64,000 bases of DNA from Macrostomum lignano (GCA_002269645.1 NIVC01002977.1:1-64000), one strand, 5' to 3'. Shown: positions 1-12,790, numbered from the stretch's first letter. The notes: a model not told the origin generated them from the letters alone. Numbers and translations are program-made.

Positions 1-3000
1 CCACAACGACGTGCAACGAGGAGACGAAGCCTGCTGGACAACAACACCAAACAACGCTGCTCACGCACATCCGCTTCAGCGAGAAGTTCGACATCAACGA
101 GTTCGTTGAGATCGTGCTGAAGGCCTGCATGACCGGCCTGGCGGACGAGATCATCAGCGGCGGCATGGTCGGGAAGATCGCCGACAACTTTCGCAGCAAC
201 AAGCACATCTTCGTGCCCGCAGAATGAGGCGCTGCTGCAGGAGGTGATGAAGCTCGGGATGCTGTGGTCCGCTGTTGTGGTGCACCTTGAGAACAGGATT
301 GTTCACGTGAGTGCTGAGGTGCTGGGAGAATGAGCACAGACACTGGCACAGAAACTGGCAGACACTGGAAGACACTGGCAGACACTGGCAGACACTGACA
401 CACAGACACTGACACACAGACACTGACACACAGACACTGACACACAGACACTGGAACAGAAACTGGCAGACACTGGAAGACACTGGCAGACACTGGCACA
501 GACACTGGCACAGACACTGGCACAGACACTGGCAAAGACACTGGAACAGAAACTGGCAGACACTGGAAGACACTGGCAGACACTGGCAGACACTGACACA
601 CAGACACTGACACACAGACACTGACACACAGACACTGGAACAGAAACTGGCAGACACTGGCAGACACTGACACACAGACACTGACACACAGACACTGACA
701 CACAGACACTGACACACAGACACTGGAACAGAAACTGGCAGACACTGGAAGACACTGGCAGACACTGGCAGACACTAACACACAGACACTGGCAGACACT
801 GGCACACAGACACTGGAACAGAAACTGGCAGACACTGCTGGAAGACACTGGCAGACACTGGCAGACACTAACACACAGACACTGGCAGACACTGGCACAC
901 AGACACTGGAACAGAAACTGGCAGACACTGACAGACACTGGCAGACACTGGCAAGACACTGGCAGACACTGGCAGACACTGGCGCAGACACTGGCAGACA
1001 CTGGCAGACACTGGCGCAGAAACTGGCAGACCACTGGAAGACACTGGCAGACACTGACACAGCACTGACACACAGACACTGGCAGACACTGGCAGACACT
1101 GACACAGCAGCTGACACACAGACACTGGCAGACACTGGCAGACACTGACACAGCACTGACACAGACACTGGCAGACACTGGCAGACACTAACACAGCACT
1201 GACACACAGACACTGGCAGACACTGGCAGACACTGGCACAGACACGCACTGGCAGACACTGACACAGCACTGGCAGAAGACACTGGCGGCAGACACTGGC
1301 AGACACTGACACAGCACTGACACACAGACACTGGCAGGGTCTGTAAATGCAAAGCATCAGAGCAAGATGAAGAGCGATACGAGTGTTTCATGAAAGAGCA
1401 GTTCTGAATCTACTGCTCATCCGCTCCCACCAGGTGTACAACCAAAGCCTGGGCGAGCGCCGCAAGGACGGCATCAAGGGCCTGGTGTGCCGCAACTGCC
1501 TTAATGATGAAGGCCGGGTCAGCAGCCTGAAGCTGCACCGCCTGGTAGCGCAGCTCACGCAGTTCTGGCAGCTGCAGTGGGTCGGCGCGGACGACTCGGA
1601 GGCGGAGGAGACCCCGGCCACCACGCCTGGCCGACAGGAGCCGCCGCACCTGAAGGCCATGCGCGATCCGGTGGAATCCCTGGCGGTCTGGTGCGTGCTG
1701 ACCGGCCGTCTGCGCTGGCGCCCTACTTCCTGCGCCAGGAGGACTTCGACACCATTCCGCAGGCGCTGCTGCTGGCCAAAATCCTGCGCAGCCTCGGCCG
1801 CCGGCGCGACATCGAGGACGTCTATGCCAACAAGGCTACCAAGATGGCCATCACCTGCGAGGGCATCGCCATGCAGGCCCTCCGCAGCATCAAGGATGTC
1901 GACGTGACACCGAACAACTGCCTGACCATGGAGCTGGTCATGCTGCCGCTCGACACCTTCGGCGGCTACAGCATCTTGGAGCTGGCGGCCAAGGGCGAGT
2001 CCAGCAGCTTCGTCATCATCGACATCGTGCAGGTGAGGAGGCTGGGAGTCCAGCTGGATGAAGACTGTACTCGTAGATTGCAGATTCAGCTGGATGCAGT
2101 CTGCAGATTCAGCTGGGTGCAGCCTGCAGATTCAGCTGGGTGCAGCCTGCAGATTCAGCTGGGTGCAGCCTGCAGATTCAGCTGGATGCAGTCTGCAGAT
2201 TCAGCTGGGTGCAGCCTGCAGATTCAGCTGGGTGCAGACTGCAGACTCAGCCCATCTATTTGACACCCCAACCCGCCTTCCGCAGGAGGCGCTGAACCGG
2301 ATGTGGTACACGGACTTCTTCTTTGCCCGCAAGGATGCTCACCAAGGAGCGCTGATCGAGCTGGCCATCGCCTGCGGCTTCGTGCCGCTGCTGTACCCGC
2401 TGTTGCTGTTCCTGATGCCCCGCTTCCGCGCTCACGAGCCCGACTACGTGCGCCTGCGGCCCAGCAGCATCAGCGAGTCATCCGGGAACGCCGACGGCCG
2501 CTGCCGGCGCATGAGAAGCGCACCGGAGGCTCCAGCGAGCAGGACGTGGCGCTGCTGCAGGGCGGCCGGAAGCAGCAAAAGCAGCCGGAGGAGGAGCAGC
2601 AGCCGAGGCCGCGGCTGAGCCCGCTGGCGGAGCTGCTGCGTTTCTACCAGATCCCCTGCGTGAAGTTCCGCATGCACGTGACGGCGCACATCAGCTTCGT
2701 GCTGCTGCTGTCCTTCGTGGTCATGTTCCAGATGGGCCGCGCCTTCTCCGTCGGGGAAATCATCTGCTACCTGACCCTGCTGGGCTTCCTGGTCGAGGAG
2801 ATCAACGAGATGATCACCAGCGCCAGGGAGGAGACCATCAAGAACTACTTCTTGGACGGCTGGAACGTCATCGACATCACCGCCATCACCTGCGGCTTCA
2901 CCGCCTTCGCCCTGCGGATCCACAACAGCACAGTGCACAACCCGTTCCAGCGCTACTGGTCGCTGGTGCTGCTCACCACCACTGCCTGGTGTACTGGGTG

Positions 3001-6000
3001 CGCCTGCTCTACATATCGGTGGTGCTGGAGAGCCTCGGCCCGAAGCTCAAGATGATGTCGCTCATGGTGAAGAAGGACTTCCTGCCCTTCCTGTTCATTC
3101 TGTTCGTGCTCATGTTCGGCTTCGGCGTCACCTTCCATGTGAGAGGCTGTGCTGGGGACCAGCTGTGCTGCACTGGGCATTGGGGACCAGCTGTGCTGCA
3201 CTGGGCATTGGGGACCAGCTGTGCTGCACCGGGCATTGGGGACCAGCTGTGCTGCACCGGGCATTGGGGACCAGCTGTGCTGCACTGGGCATTGGGGACC
3301 AGCTGTGCTGCACCGGGCATTGGGGACCAGCTGTGCTGCACCGGGCATTGGGGACCAGCTGTGCTGCACCGGGCATTGGGGACCAGCTGTGCTGCACTGG
3401 GCATTGGGGACCAGCTGTGCTGCACTGGGCATTGGGGACCAGCTGTGCTGCACCGGGCATTGGGGACCAGCTGTGCTGCACTGGGCATTGGGGACCAGCT
3501 GTGCTGCACTGGGCATTGGGGACCAGCTGTGCTGCACCGGGCATTGGGGACCAGCTGCGCTGCACTGGGCATTGGGGACCAGCTGTGCTGCACCGGGCAT
3601 TGGGGACCAGCTGTGCTGCACTGGGCATTGGGGACCAGCTGTGCTGCACTGGGCATTGGGGACCAGCTGTGCTGCACCGGGCATTGGGGACCAGCTGTGC
3701 TGCACTGGGCATTGGGGACCAGCTGTGCTGCACTGGGCATTGGGGACCAGCTGTGCTGCACCGGGCATTGGGACCAGCTGTGCTGCACTGGGCATTGGGA
3801 CCAGCTGCGTGCTTTGGGGAATCCCTTCGTTGCCGTGCTTGTCGAGAAAATAGCAAAGGAGAATATCAACTATTACGAGCAATATTTTAGAACTAATTTT
3901 ACATTTATATTTTACAACTTATTACAACAAATATTTTATTGGGTGCTAACGGGTGCAGAATGGGTTCTAATGGGTGCTAATGGGTGCAGAATGTGTTCTA
4001 ATGGGTTCTAATGGGTTCTAATGAGTGCTAATAGGTTCTAATGGGTGCTAATGGGTGCAGAATGTGTTCTAATGGGTTCTAATGGGTGCTAATGGGTGCT
4101 AATGGGTTCTAATGGGTTCTAATGGGTGCTAATGGGTGCTAATGGGTTCTAATGGGTTCTAATGGGTTCTAATGGGTTCTAATGGGTTCTAATGGGTTCT
4201 AATGGGTTCCAATGGGTTCTAATGGGTGCTAATGGGTGCTAATGGGTGCTAATGGGTGGTAATGGGTTCTGATGGGTTCTAATGGATTCTAATGGTTCCA
4301 ATGGGTTCTAATGGGTGCTAATGGGTGCTAATGGGTTCTAGTGGGTTCTAATGGGTTCTAATGGGTTCCAATGGGTTCTAATGGGTGCTAATGGGTGCTA
4401 ATGGACTCTAATGGGTGCTAATGGGTTCTGATGGGTGCTAATGGGTGCTAATGGGTGTGGAGTGCGTGAATCTCTATTTGTTGCCCGGAGACCCGCTGTT
4501 GCTCCATGAGCGCGCAGTCCAGTTCAGAGCCGCCACCAGCCCACCGCCCCACCGCCACGGCGCAGGCGCTGCAATACCCGAGGGCAAGTCCATCCAGAGC
4601 ACCGGCACCGAAGGTCGCGAGAGCGCCAGCGAGATCATCCTCGGCATGTTCCGCAACACCTTCTACGCCATCGTGGGCGAGTACGGGCTCGACAACTTCG
4701 TGCCCTGCAACATCAGCGACATCACCGGGCCGAACATAAACGATGGTGATGAGCCCGACTGCGTGCACCCCATTGGCGCGGTGCTGGTGCCCACGGTGTA
4801 CATGGTGCTGTACATCGTGGTGATGCAGATCCTGCTGCTCAACGTCATCGTCGCCATGTTCAGCAAGACCATCGACGCCATCGACAGCGAGTCCAAGGCC
4901 ATGTGGCAGTTTGAGAAGTTCGACCTTATCGAGGAGTTCAACACCAGGTCGGCGCTGCCGCCGCCCTTCAACATCCTGTCGGAGCTGCGCAACCTGGCGT
5001 CCTTCGTCTGGCGCCGACTGTGCCGCCGCTCCGGCGCCGGTGAGGAGCAGCGCGGGCAGCCCGCCGCTGCCGTTGTTGCCGCCGAGGCCGCGGTGAATTC
5101 CGCAGCCCCCGCGTCAGCTGGGGACACCCCGCACGACTGCAAGGTGTACCTGCTCAGCCTGTACTACCAAGTGAGCCGGGCTGGGCTGTGATTCCCCAAG
5201 TCCGCGATCAGAGCAGGTGCACATTCTGTGCCTGTACAGTCAGAACAGATGCACATTCTGTGCCTGCACAGCCAGAACAGGTGCACATTCTGTGCCTGCA
5301 CAGCCAGAACAGGTGCACATTCTGTGCCTGCACAGCCAGAACAGGTGCACATTCTGTGCCTGCACAGCCAGAACAGGTGCACATTCTGTGCCTGTACAGC
5401 CAGAACAGGTGCACATTCTGTGCCTGTACAGCCAGAACAGGTGCACATTCTGTGCCTGTACAGACAGAACAGATGCACATTCTGTGCCTGCACAGCCAGA
5501 ACAGGTGCACATTCTGTGCCTGCACAGCCAGAACAGGTGCACATTCTGTGCCTGCACAGCCAGAACAGGTGCACATTCTGTGCCTGTACAGCCAGAACAG
5601 GTGCACATTCTGTGCCTGTACAGACAGAACAGGTGCACATTCTGTGCCTGTACAGTCAGAACAGGTGCACATTCTATGCCTGTAAAGGATACCTAGGATA
5701 CCTGCAAGGATGCCCACCTGTTTACCCACTCGATCGGCCCCGCAGGCGCTGGCCTTCCGCAACCGCCGCTCGTCCCTCAACGGCGTGGTGCTGGACGAGG
5801 AGGACCTGGACGAAGGCAACAAGATCATCTTCCAGCAGGTGAACGCCCTCAACGAGCGGATGGAGAGATTCGACCGCATTGAAGAGACGGTCAAGCAGCT
5901 GGAGTCGCTGGTCAAGGAGCTCAAGGCCATCAGCCTCCGAGGCCCCAGCAACATCAGCAACAAGCGGGCGTCCGTCCTGGCCATGCCCTACATTGAGGAG

Positions 6001-6021
6001 GGCCGCGAGGAGGGCCCGTGA
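1..6021 (+). CDS. TRPM-family cation channel, 5'-incomplete, 5 exons visible, apparent frameshifts
   Basis: Exons 1-306, 1434-2032, 2286-3138, 4566-5170, 5746-6021, all with GT..AG. TRPM-like motifs: DPVESLAVWCVLTGR..LAKILRSL (MHR4), FGGYSILELA, RFYQIPCVKF (pre-S1), FLDGWNVID (S3), YWVRLL..LGPKLKMM (S4/S4-S5), FGVTFH|ALQYP, LLLNVIVAMFSKT..WQFEKFDLIEEF..LPPPFNIL (S6/TRP box), then a coiled coil. One-base frame changes near 218, 1712, 2520, 2975 and 4580. Confidence 0.9.
335..1335. repeat. Intronic minisatellite (CAGACACTGG / CAGACACTGACACA units)
   Basis: Fills TRPM intron 307-1433; source of the spurious Cys/Val-rich ORFs. Confidence 0.95.
2045..2250. repeat. 23-bp intronic minisatellite (CTGCAGATTCAGCTGGGTGCAGC)
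   Basis: Direct tandem copies inside TRPM intron 2033-2285. Confidence 0.9.
3147..3810. repeat. 28-bp intronic minisatellite (CCAGCTGTGCTGCACTGGGCATTGGGGA)
   Basis: More than 20 near-identical copies starting just after the donor at 3139. Confidence 0.95.
3945..4457. repeat. 10-bp intronic repeat (AATGGGTTCT/AATGGGTGCT)
   Basis: Second array in TRPM intron 3139-4565. Confidence 0.95.
5210..5685. repeat. 32-bp intronic minisatellite (CAGCCAGAACAGGTGCACATTCTGTGCCTGCA)
   Basis: Fills TRPM intron 5171-5745. Confidence 0.95.
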
Positions 6022-6094
6022 CCCCCTTTGACACCCGCCTCTGCTGGCGCGCTACTGAGGCCCTCATGCATCTTGCCTGGCATTCGCCCGCTGT

Positions 6095-6570
6095 TCTTCA
6101 TTTACTGCTTCATCTGTGCTCCCAGCTCTGACCCCGCAGCCTCCAGCTTCATCTCCCGCTCCTTTTCATTCACTGCTTCATCTGTGCTCCCAGCTCTGAC
6201 CCCGCAGCCTCCAGCTTCATCTCCCGCTCCTCTTCATTCACTGCTTCATCTGTACTCCCAGCTCTGACCCCGCAGCCTCCAGCTTCATCTCCCGCTCCTC
6301 TTCATTCACTGCTTCATCTGTGCTCCCAGCTCTGACCCCGCAGCCTCCAGCTTCATCTCCCGCTCCTCTTCATTCACTGCTTCATCTGTGCTCCCAGCTC
6401 CGACCCTGCAGCCTCCAGCTTCATCACCCGCTCCTCTTCATTCACTGCTTCATCTGTGCTCCCAGCTCTGACCGCGCAGCCTCCAGCTTCATCTCCCGCT
6501 CCTCTTCATTCACTGCTTCATCTGTGCTCCCAGCTCTGACCGCGCAGCCTCCAGCTTTATCTCCCGCTCG
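6095..6570. repeat. 68-bp minisatellite just downstream of the TRPM stop
   Basis: CTGCTTCATCTGTGCTCCCAGCTCTGACCCCGCAGCC... recurs with a 68-bp period (e.g. 6173, 6241). Confidence 0.9.
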
Positions 6571-7221
6571 TCCCTTTTCAGAAATTCACTGTACCGGAAC
6601 ATCAGTCGATGTGACTTATATTTATAGCATATTTTAAAATAGGTTTTTCCTATCACAGCCGCATGCTCAAATTCACTGATCCGCTAAGAGCACCAGACTG
6701 CCGCATCAGTTTTTTCTCTCCTCAGCGATCAAACCAAATTGCCTGCTTTTGACTCATCACAACGCTAAGAATTGCATGCAAAATAAAGCGCCCTGCTGAA
6801 GAGTGCGAAGTCTCTGTGCGAAATATCATTTGTTTCGACCTGCTCAATTGAGTACGGTAGGTCTCTAGCTTTGAAATTGAGACAATCTGTTTAATCAGTG
6901 CGGCGGTTCCATTGCCTGTTAGCACCTGTCCAGCTGACCTCCAGGGTTGTGGGCCGAGTTCTGAGCACTTTCCTGACCGCGCTGAGTCCGGCTGATAAGA
7001 GCCACCAGCCGAGGTCCCTCAGTTCGGCAACCCACAGTCTGAAGAATTTGAGAACTCCTTTATCAGCTGGGGGCCCCCTGCAGTGCGCGACGGTGTGCGG
7101 GGCTTTATGGAACTGACTAATGGTACAGCGGTACAGCTTTGAGCTCTTGTGAGTCATCAAGTCATCTAGGTTTTGGGATTTGTAATGTTCTGGTTTTTAG
7201 GCCTGGGATTCCATATTCATG

Positions 7222-7638
7222 CTCTCCACCTCAAACCCTCAGTCACCTGCATCCACCTCAAACCCTCAGTCACCTCAACTCCACCTCAAACCTTCAGTCA
7301 CCTGCATCCATCTCAAACCTTCAGTCACCTGCATCCACCTCAAATCCTCAGTCACCTGCATCCACCTCAAACCCTCAGTCACCTGCATCCACCTCAAACC
7401 CTCAGTCACCTGCATCCACCTCAAACCCTCACACACCTGCATCCACCTCAAACCCTCAGTCACCTGCATCCACCTCAAACCCTCACACACCTGCACTCCA
7501 CCTCAAACCCTCACACACCTGCACTCCACCTCAAACCCTCACACACCTGCACTCCACCTCAAACCCTCACACACCTGCACTCCACCTCAAACCCTCACAC
7601 ACCTGCACTCCACCTCAAACCCTCAGTCACCTGCATCC
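7222..7638. repeat. 27-bp minisatellite (CCACCTCAAACCCTCAGTCACCTGCAT)
   Basis: Direct tandem copies. Confidence 0.9.
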
Positions 7639-8294
7639 TCAGAATGCTCAGAAGCCATTCATAACATTCGTTTCAGCGCGTATTTTACACAAATTTTCCT
7701 ACATCACTACATAATACATTCCTAAGGCCGATCCGTCAGCCGCAAGCGCGGACAGCGGCTTATCATGCAGAACTTCGGGCGCAGGAGCTGTGCAGTTTGT
7801 TTGGCATTCAACTGACAAGAGAGAGAGATTAAAATCTCAGGCAAGCTGCTGCAACTGCTGGGGCTTAGAAGAATTCATGCCTGCACTTCACAGCGTGACG
7901 GTTTTGAATCTGAACCTCTCCGTGTTCCAGTCAAACAAAATCATGGGAACTCCGCCTGCGGGGCTGTCTGTTTCGTGCCGCAGTTGAAGCTATTTAAAAA
8001 TTTAAATTGGATAGTAATTTTTTCAATCAAACGCAGAATCCTCAGGTGTCTACTATGAGTAGCGTAAAGCAGCCACCACCTCTACGAACGAGACAATTTG
8101 AAACTGCTAAATGGCTTTTATATTCTGCAATTAAAACAACTCATGTCTAAGCTGGTCATTTGGTGTTCTCAGTGTTCTCAGGTTTGACCAAGCTCAAGTT
8201 GGGCAGGCTTTAGTGAAAATATGCGGAAACTGTCATGATGAAAATGAGGGTTAGGGTGCTGGCACTCACAGGCCTGCGACTTTTGACTGCCGAC

Positions 8295-9150
8295 CCAAGC
8301 CTAAACCTTACGTTATGCTAACCTAAACCCAAGTCCTAGCCCTAACCTAAACCTAAAGCTCTAGCCCTAACCTAAACACAAGTCCTAACCCTAACCTAAA
8401 CCTAAACCCTTACCCTAACCTAAACCCAAGTCCTAACCCTAACATAAACCTAAAGTTCTAACCCTAACCTAAACACAAGTCCTAACCCTAAACTAAACCT
8501 AAAGTTCTAACCCTAACCTAAACACAAGTCCTAACCCTAAACTAAACCTAAAGTTCTAACCCTAACCTAAACACAAGTCCTAACCCTAAACTAAACCTAA
8601 ACCCTTACCCTAACCTAAACACAAGTCCTAACCCTAACCTAAACCTAAACCCTTACCCTAACCTAAACCCAAGTCCTAACCCTAACATAAACCTAAAGTT
8701 CTAACCCTAACCTAAACACAAGTCCTAACCCTAAACTAAACCTAAAGTTCTAACCCTAACCTAAACACAAGTCCTAACCCTAAACTAAACCTAAACCCTT
8801 ACCCTAGCCTAAACCCAAGTCCTAACCCTAACCTAAACCTAAACGCTTACCCTAACTTAAACCCAAGTCCTAACCTAAACCTAAACGCTTACCCTAACCT
8901 AAACACAAGTCCTAACCCTAAACTAAACCTAAACCCTTACCCTAGCCTAAACCCAAGTCCTAACCCCAACCTAAACCTAAACGCTTACCCTAACCTAAAC
9001 CCAAGTCCTAACCTAAACCTAAACGCTTACCCTAACCTAAACCCAAGTCCTAACCTAAACCTAAACCCTTACCCTAACCTAAACCCAAGTCCTAACCTTA
9101 ACCAAAATCCAAGTCTTAACCCTACCAAAACCTCACCCTAACCGAACCTA
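8295..9150. repeat. Telomere-like (CCCTAA-derived) satellite
   Basis: Units such as TAACCCTAACCTAAACACAAGTCC and TAACCCTAAACTAAACCTAAA; degenerate, not a pure TTAGGG array. Confidence 0.8.
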
Positions 9151-9992
9151 ACCATGGTTTTTGGCATTTAATGTACGTTTATTCTAGTTAAAATTCAGTT
9201 TTGCAACTATCAATAATTTTGAAACGTTGGGTTTGCTGAGCTGTCAAAAGCAGAGAAGTCGGTCTTGGTCAGCTGACGGACGGACAGAATTTAAAATATT
9301 TTCCAGTGTTGATCCTCTGTTTTTCCGCCATTTGGTTCGAGGCAAATCTTTTAGTTTCGTCACCAATGAAAGTTTTTGAACATTCTTTAATTTTCAGGAT
9401 TTCAGGTAGATTCCTAATTCACTCTAGGTGAGATTGCGGTGGACTATATGGTGGGCACAGCAAGGCTGTTGTTGAGGTCAGCGCTTCAAGGAATGGAAAT
9501 TTGTTGCCTCCAGCTTAGACAGTGCAGTACAGTGGGTGTTCACATTGAAATGGCTAAAGTGTCATCAAAGTAGCGTCTGTAAAATCTAGGGACGCATTCA
9601 GGGCATTCACTGCTGAAGTGGGCGCTAGGTGCCCCATCGTTTGGTTTGGCGGCAGCGCTGACCATTGAACAGAAACAACCCAGACGTGGCAAAGTTCAGA
9701 AGTTTTTTCAAAGAGCTTTTTGGAACTTAGGAGAGCACATTCATAAGACTGTTTTCATGAATTTCATAAATTCCATGGCCGATTTGATGCGAAATGGTTG
9801 GCTTGATCAGGTAATCCAGATATTTAGCTAATTGGTACTCAGCTATTTTGAGCATGGAGACATCTGTGAGAGCTTGTGTGGTCTGTGGAATTCCCAGTGG
9901 GGACTTCATCCAACCTCGTTCATTTTCATGTTGCAGAAATTAGTGTCCACGCTATAGCAACTCCATGCCCTTTGTCACAGCTAGTGGTTAGA

Positions 9993-10260
9993 TGAGGTCC
10001 AGTGGTCAGAGCGTCGGAGTCACGACTGAAAGGTCGGGGGTTCGATTCTCGATCCACTCAGAACGAGTTGTGTCCTAGCTTGAGCAAGACACTTCACTCT
10101 GCATTGCTTCAGTTCACCCAGCTGTAAAATGGGTGCCAGCATTAGCTGGGGTAATTGCGGGTGGGTGGCGACCCCCCCCCCCAGTCATTAGACTGAACAG
10201 CCGTACGCAGCCTTCAAATGCGCCGCGCAATAGCTGCGTCTGAGCTGTTGGTTAATAATA
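9993..10260 (+). mobile_element. tRNA-derived SINE with CORE-like domain
   Basis: Pol III A box (TCCAGTGGTCAGAGC ~9998), B box (GGTTCGATTCTC ~10039), then CTTGAGCAAGACACTTCACTCTGCATTGCTTCAGTTCACCCAGCTGTAAAATGGG, resembling the MIR/CORE consensus CTTGGGCAAGTCACTTAACCTCTCTGTGCCTCAGTTTCCTCATCTGTAAAATGGG. The 3' end is approximate. Confidence 0.75.
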
Positions 10261-10861
10261 AATTATGAATTGTTATATCATCATAGCTAACGATTTTATT
10301 GATTTTAATGTCGCACTAGTTTGTGACCATGGTAACAACTCCCTAACCTTTGTCATAGCTAACAGTTTTGATATATTTGCTCTCCCTCAACCGTTTCATG
10401 GCCTGTGAATTTCGTGCATTGGTCACCAGCTGTTCAAAATAAGCTACCAGTCTAATTCTGCAGCTTCCATCATCTGGTTTCAGCCCCATCTAATCGCCTT
10501 CACGCCCCCGCTATCAGGAAATTGAAACAATTTTCACCTAAAATCTGCATGGCTAATTATAAGCTGCATCTGGCTATGAAAAGCAGCTGGGCAGGGGCCT
10601 CAGAGGGGGCCGCGCTGTGCAGGAACTGCCTTATTTAGCAACTGCATGTCTGCATGGCTTCCATTGGCCGAGGCAGCGCAGAAAGTCGCCGCACCGCGTC
10701 CTGCTTGGCGAGCGAGTGTCTCAACTGCATTCATATTTGTAGAAATGCTTCGCAGAAAAACTGCAGTCAGTTCCACTGAGCCCGCAGTTAAAAAATTAAA
10801 TTTCCATAACTGCTAATATACGGTATCATTTATAAGCCCCGCTCTTCAAGGCACAGAGTCC

Positions 10862-11232
10862 ATGCAGTTTTGCCTGGCTTTTCTGGCCCTGCTGCTGCTA
10901 CTGCCGGGTAAGGCGCGATTGCAGAGGGTTCACGGGAGAAGGTTGCGGGGTGAGGGTAGATGGTGAGGATTGAGTAGACGGGCAGAGGGCAGAGGGGAGA
11001 TGGGAGAGGATAGAGGGTAGAGAGGAGAGAGAAGAGAGGAGAGGGGAGAAGGGAGAGAGGGGAGGAGAGAGGGGAGAAGAGAGGGCACAGGGAAGACTGT
11101 TGTACTTTGGCTTTAAGCCTTCAATGCATCCATGGCTGAGCTCAGCTCTCAATTCATTTTATTTTGTTCTTTTCTAGTTTAGTCCGTTCGACCTCTTCAT
11201 ACTCGTATTACCATAATTGCGCAGTCACTTAA
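10862..11232 (+). CDS. Candidate two-exon small secreted peptide (31 aa)
   Basis: ATG 10862 MQFCLAFLALLLLLP, donor G|GTAAG at 10908, acceptor TTTAG| before 11183, continuing VRSTSSYSYYHNCAVT*; AATAAA overlaps the stop. No homology recognised. Confidence 0.25.
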
Positions 11233-11304
11233 ATAAATGTCCATGGGGAACTTTTGTTCCACCCGCAACAAAGAGGAGACGGTAGATGTGGAGGATTGAG
11301 TAAA

Positions 11305-12790
11305 GGGGCAGAGGGGAGAGGGGACAGGGGGAGGGAAGAGAGGAGAGAGAAGAGAGGAGAGGGGAAAAGAGAGGGTACAGGGAAGAGGAGAGGAGAGAGG
11401 GTAGAGAGAAGAGGAGAAAGTAGAGGGAAGAGGAGGGTAGAGGGAAGAGGAGAGAGTAGAGGGGAGAGGAGAGGGTAGATAGGGAGGATTGAGTAGAGGG
11501 ACAGAGTGCAGAGTGGAGAGGGGACAGGGGGAGGGAAGAGAGGAGAGAGAAGAGAGGAGAGGGGAAAAGAGAGGGTACAGGGAAGAGGAGAGGAGAGAGG
11601 GTAGAGAGAAGAGGAGAAAGTAGAGGGAAGAGGAGGGTAGAGGGAAGAGGAGAGAGTAGAGGGGAGAGGAGAGGGTAGATAGGGAGGATTGAGTAGAGGG
11701 ACAGAGTGCAGAGTGGAGAGGGGACAGGGGGAGGGAAGAGAGGAGAGAGAAGAGAGGAGAGGGGAAAAGAGAGGGTACAGGGAAGAGGAGAGGAGAGAGG
11801 GTAGAGAGAAGAGGAGAAAGTAGAGGGAAGAGGAGGGTAGAGGGAAGAGGAGAGAGTAGAGGGGAGAGGAGAGGGTAGATAGGGAGGATTGAGTAGAGGG
11901 ACAGAGTGCAGAGTGGAGAGGGGACAGGGGGAGGGAAGAGAGGAGAGAGAAGAGAGGAGAGGGGAAAAGAGAGGGTACAGGGAAGAGGAGAGGAGAGAGG
12001 GTAGAGAGAAGAGGAGAAAGTAGAGGGAAGAGGAGGGTAGAGGGAAGAGGAGAGAGTAGAGGGGAGAGGAGAGGGTAGATAGGGAGGATTGAGTAGAGGG
12101 ACAGAGTGCAGAGGGGAGAGGGTAGAGGGTAGAGGGCAGAGGGGAGAGGGTAGAGGGCAGAGGGGAGAGGGTAGAGGGCAGAGGGGAGAGGGTAGAGGGT
12201 AGAGGGCAGAGGGCAGAGGGGAGAGGGTAGAGGGCAGAGGGGAGAGGGTAGAGGGTAGAGGGGAGAGGGTAGAGGGCAGAGGGGAGAGGGTAGAGGGTAG
12301 AGGGTAGAGGGAAGAGGAGAGGAGAGAGGGTAGAGAGAAGAGGAGAAAGTAGAGGGAAGAGGAGGGTAGAGGGAAGAGGAGAGAGTAGAGGGGAGAGGAG
12401 AGGGTAGATAGGGAGGATTGAGTAGAAGGACAGAGTGCAGAGGGGAGAGGGTAGAGGGTAGAGGGCAGAGGGGAGAGGGTAGAGGGCAGAGGGGAGAGGG
12501 TAGAGGGCAGAGGGGAGAGGGTAGAGGGCAGAGGGGAGAGGGTAGAGGGTAGAGGGCAGAGGGGAGAGGGTAGAGGGCAGAGGGGAGAGGGTAGAGGGTA
12601 GAGGGGAGAGGGTAGAGGGCAGAGGGGAGAGGGTAGAGGGTAGAGGGTAGAGGGAAGAGGAGAGAGTAGAGGGGAGAGGAGAGGGCATCTGGGGGGATTG
12701 GATAGAGGGACAGAGTGCAGAGGGAAGAGAGAAGAGGGGAGAGGGGAGAGGAATGAGTTGAGCGGGGAAAAGAGGGGAGAGTAGATGGAG
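11305..12790. repeat. Polypurine (GA-rich) satellite with a 200-bp higher-order unit
   Basis: ACAGAGTGCA recurs at 11501, 11701, 11901 and 12101; nearly all purine on the + strand. A shorter related tract lies at ~10960-11095. Confidence 0.9.

Noticed and set aside
8295-9150. True chromosome end
   Set aside because: Degenerate, internal, and flanked by unique sequence on both sides.
9993-10065. tRNA gene
   Set aside because: A and B boxes are present but run into a CORE-like body with no convincing acceptor stem; better explained as a SINE head.
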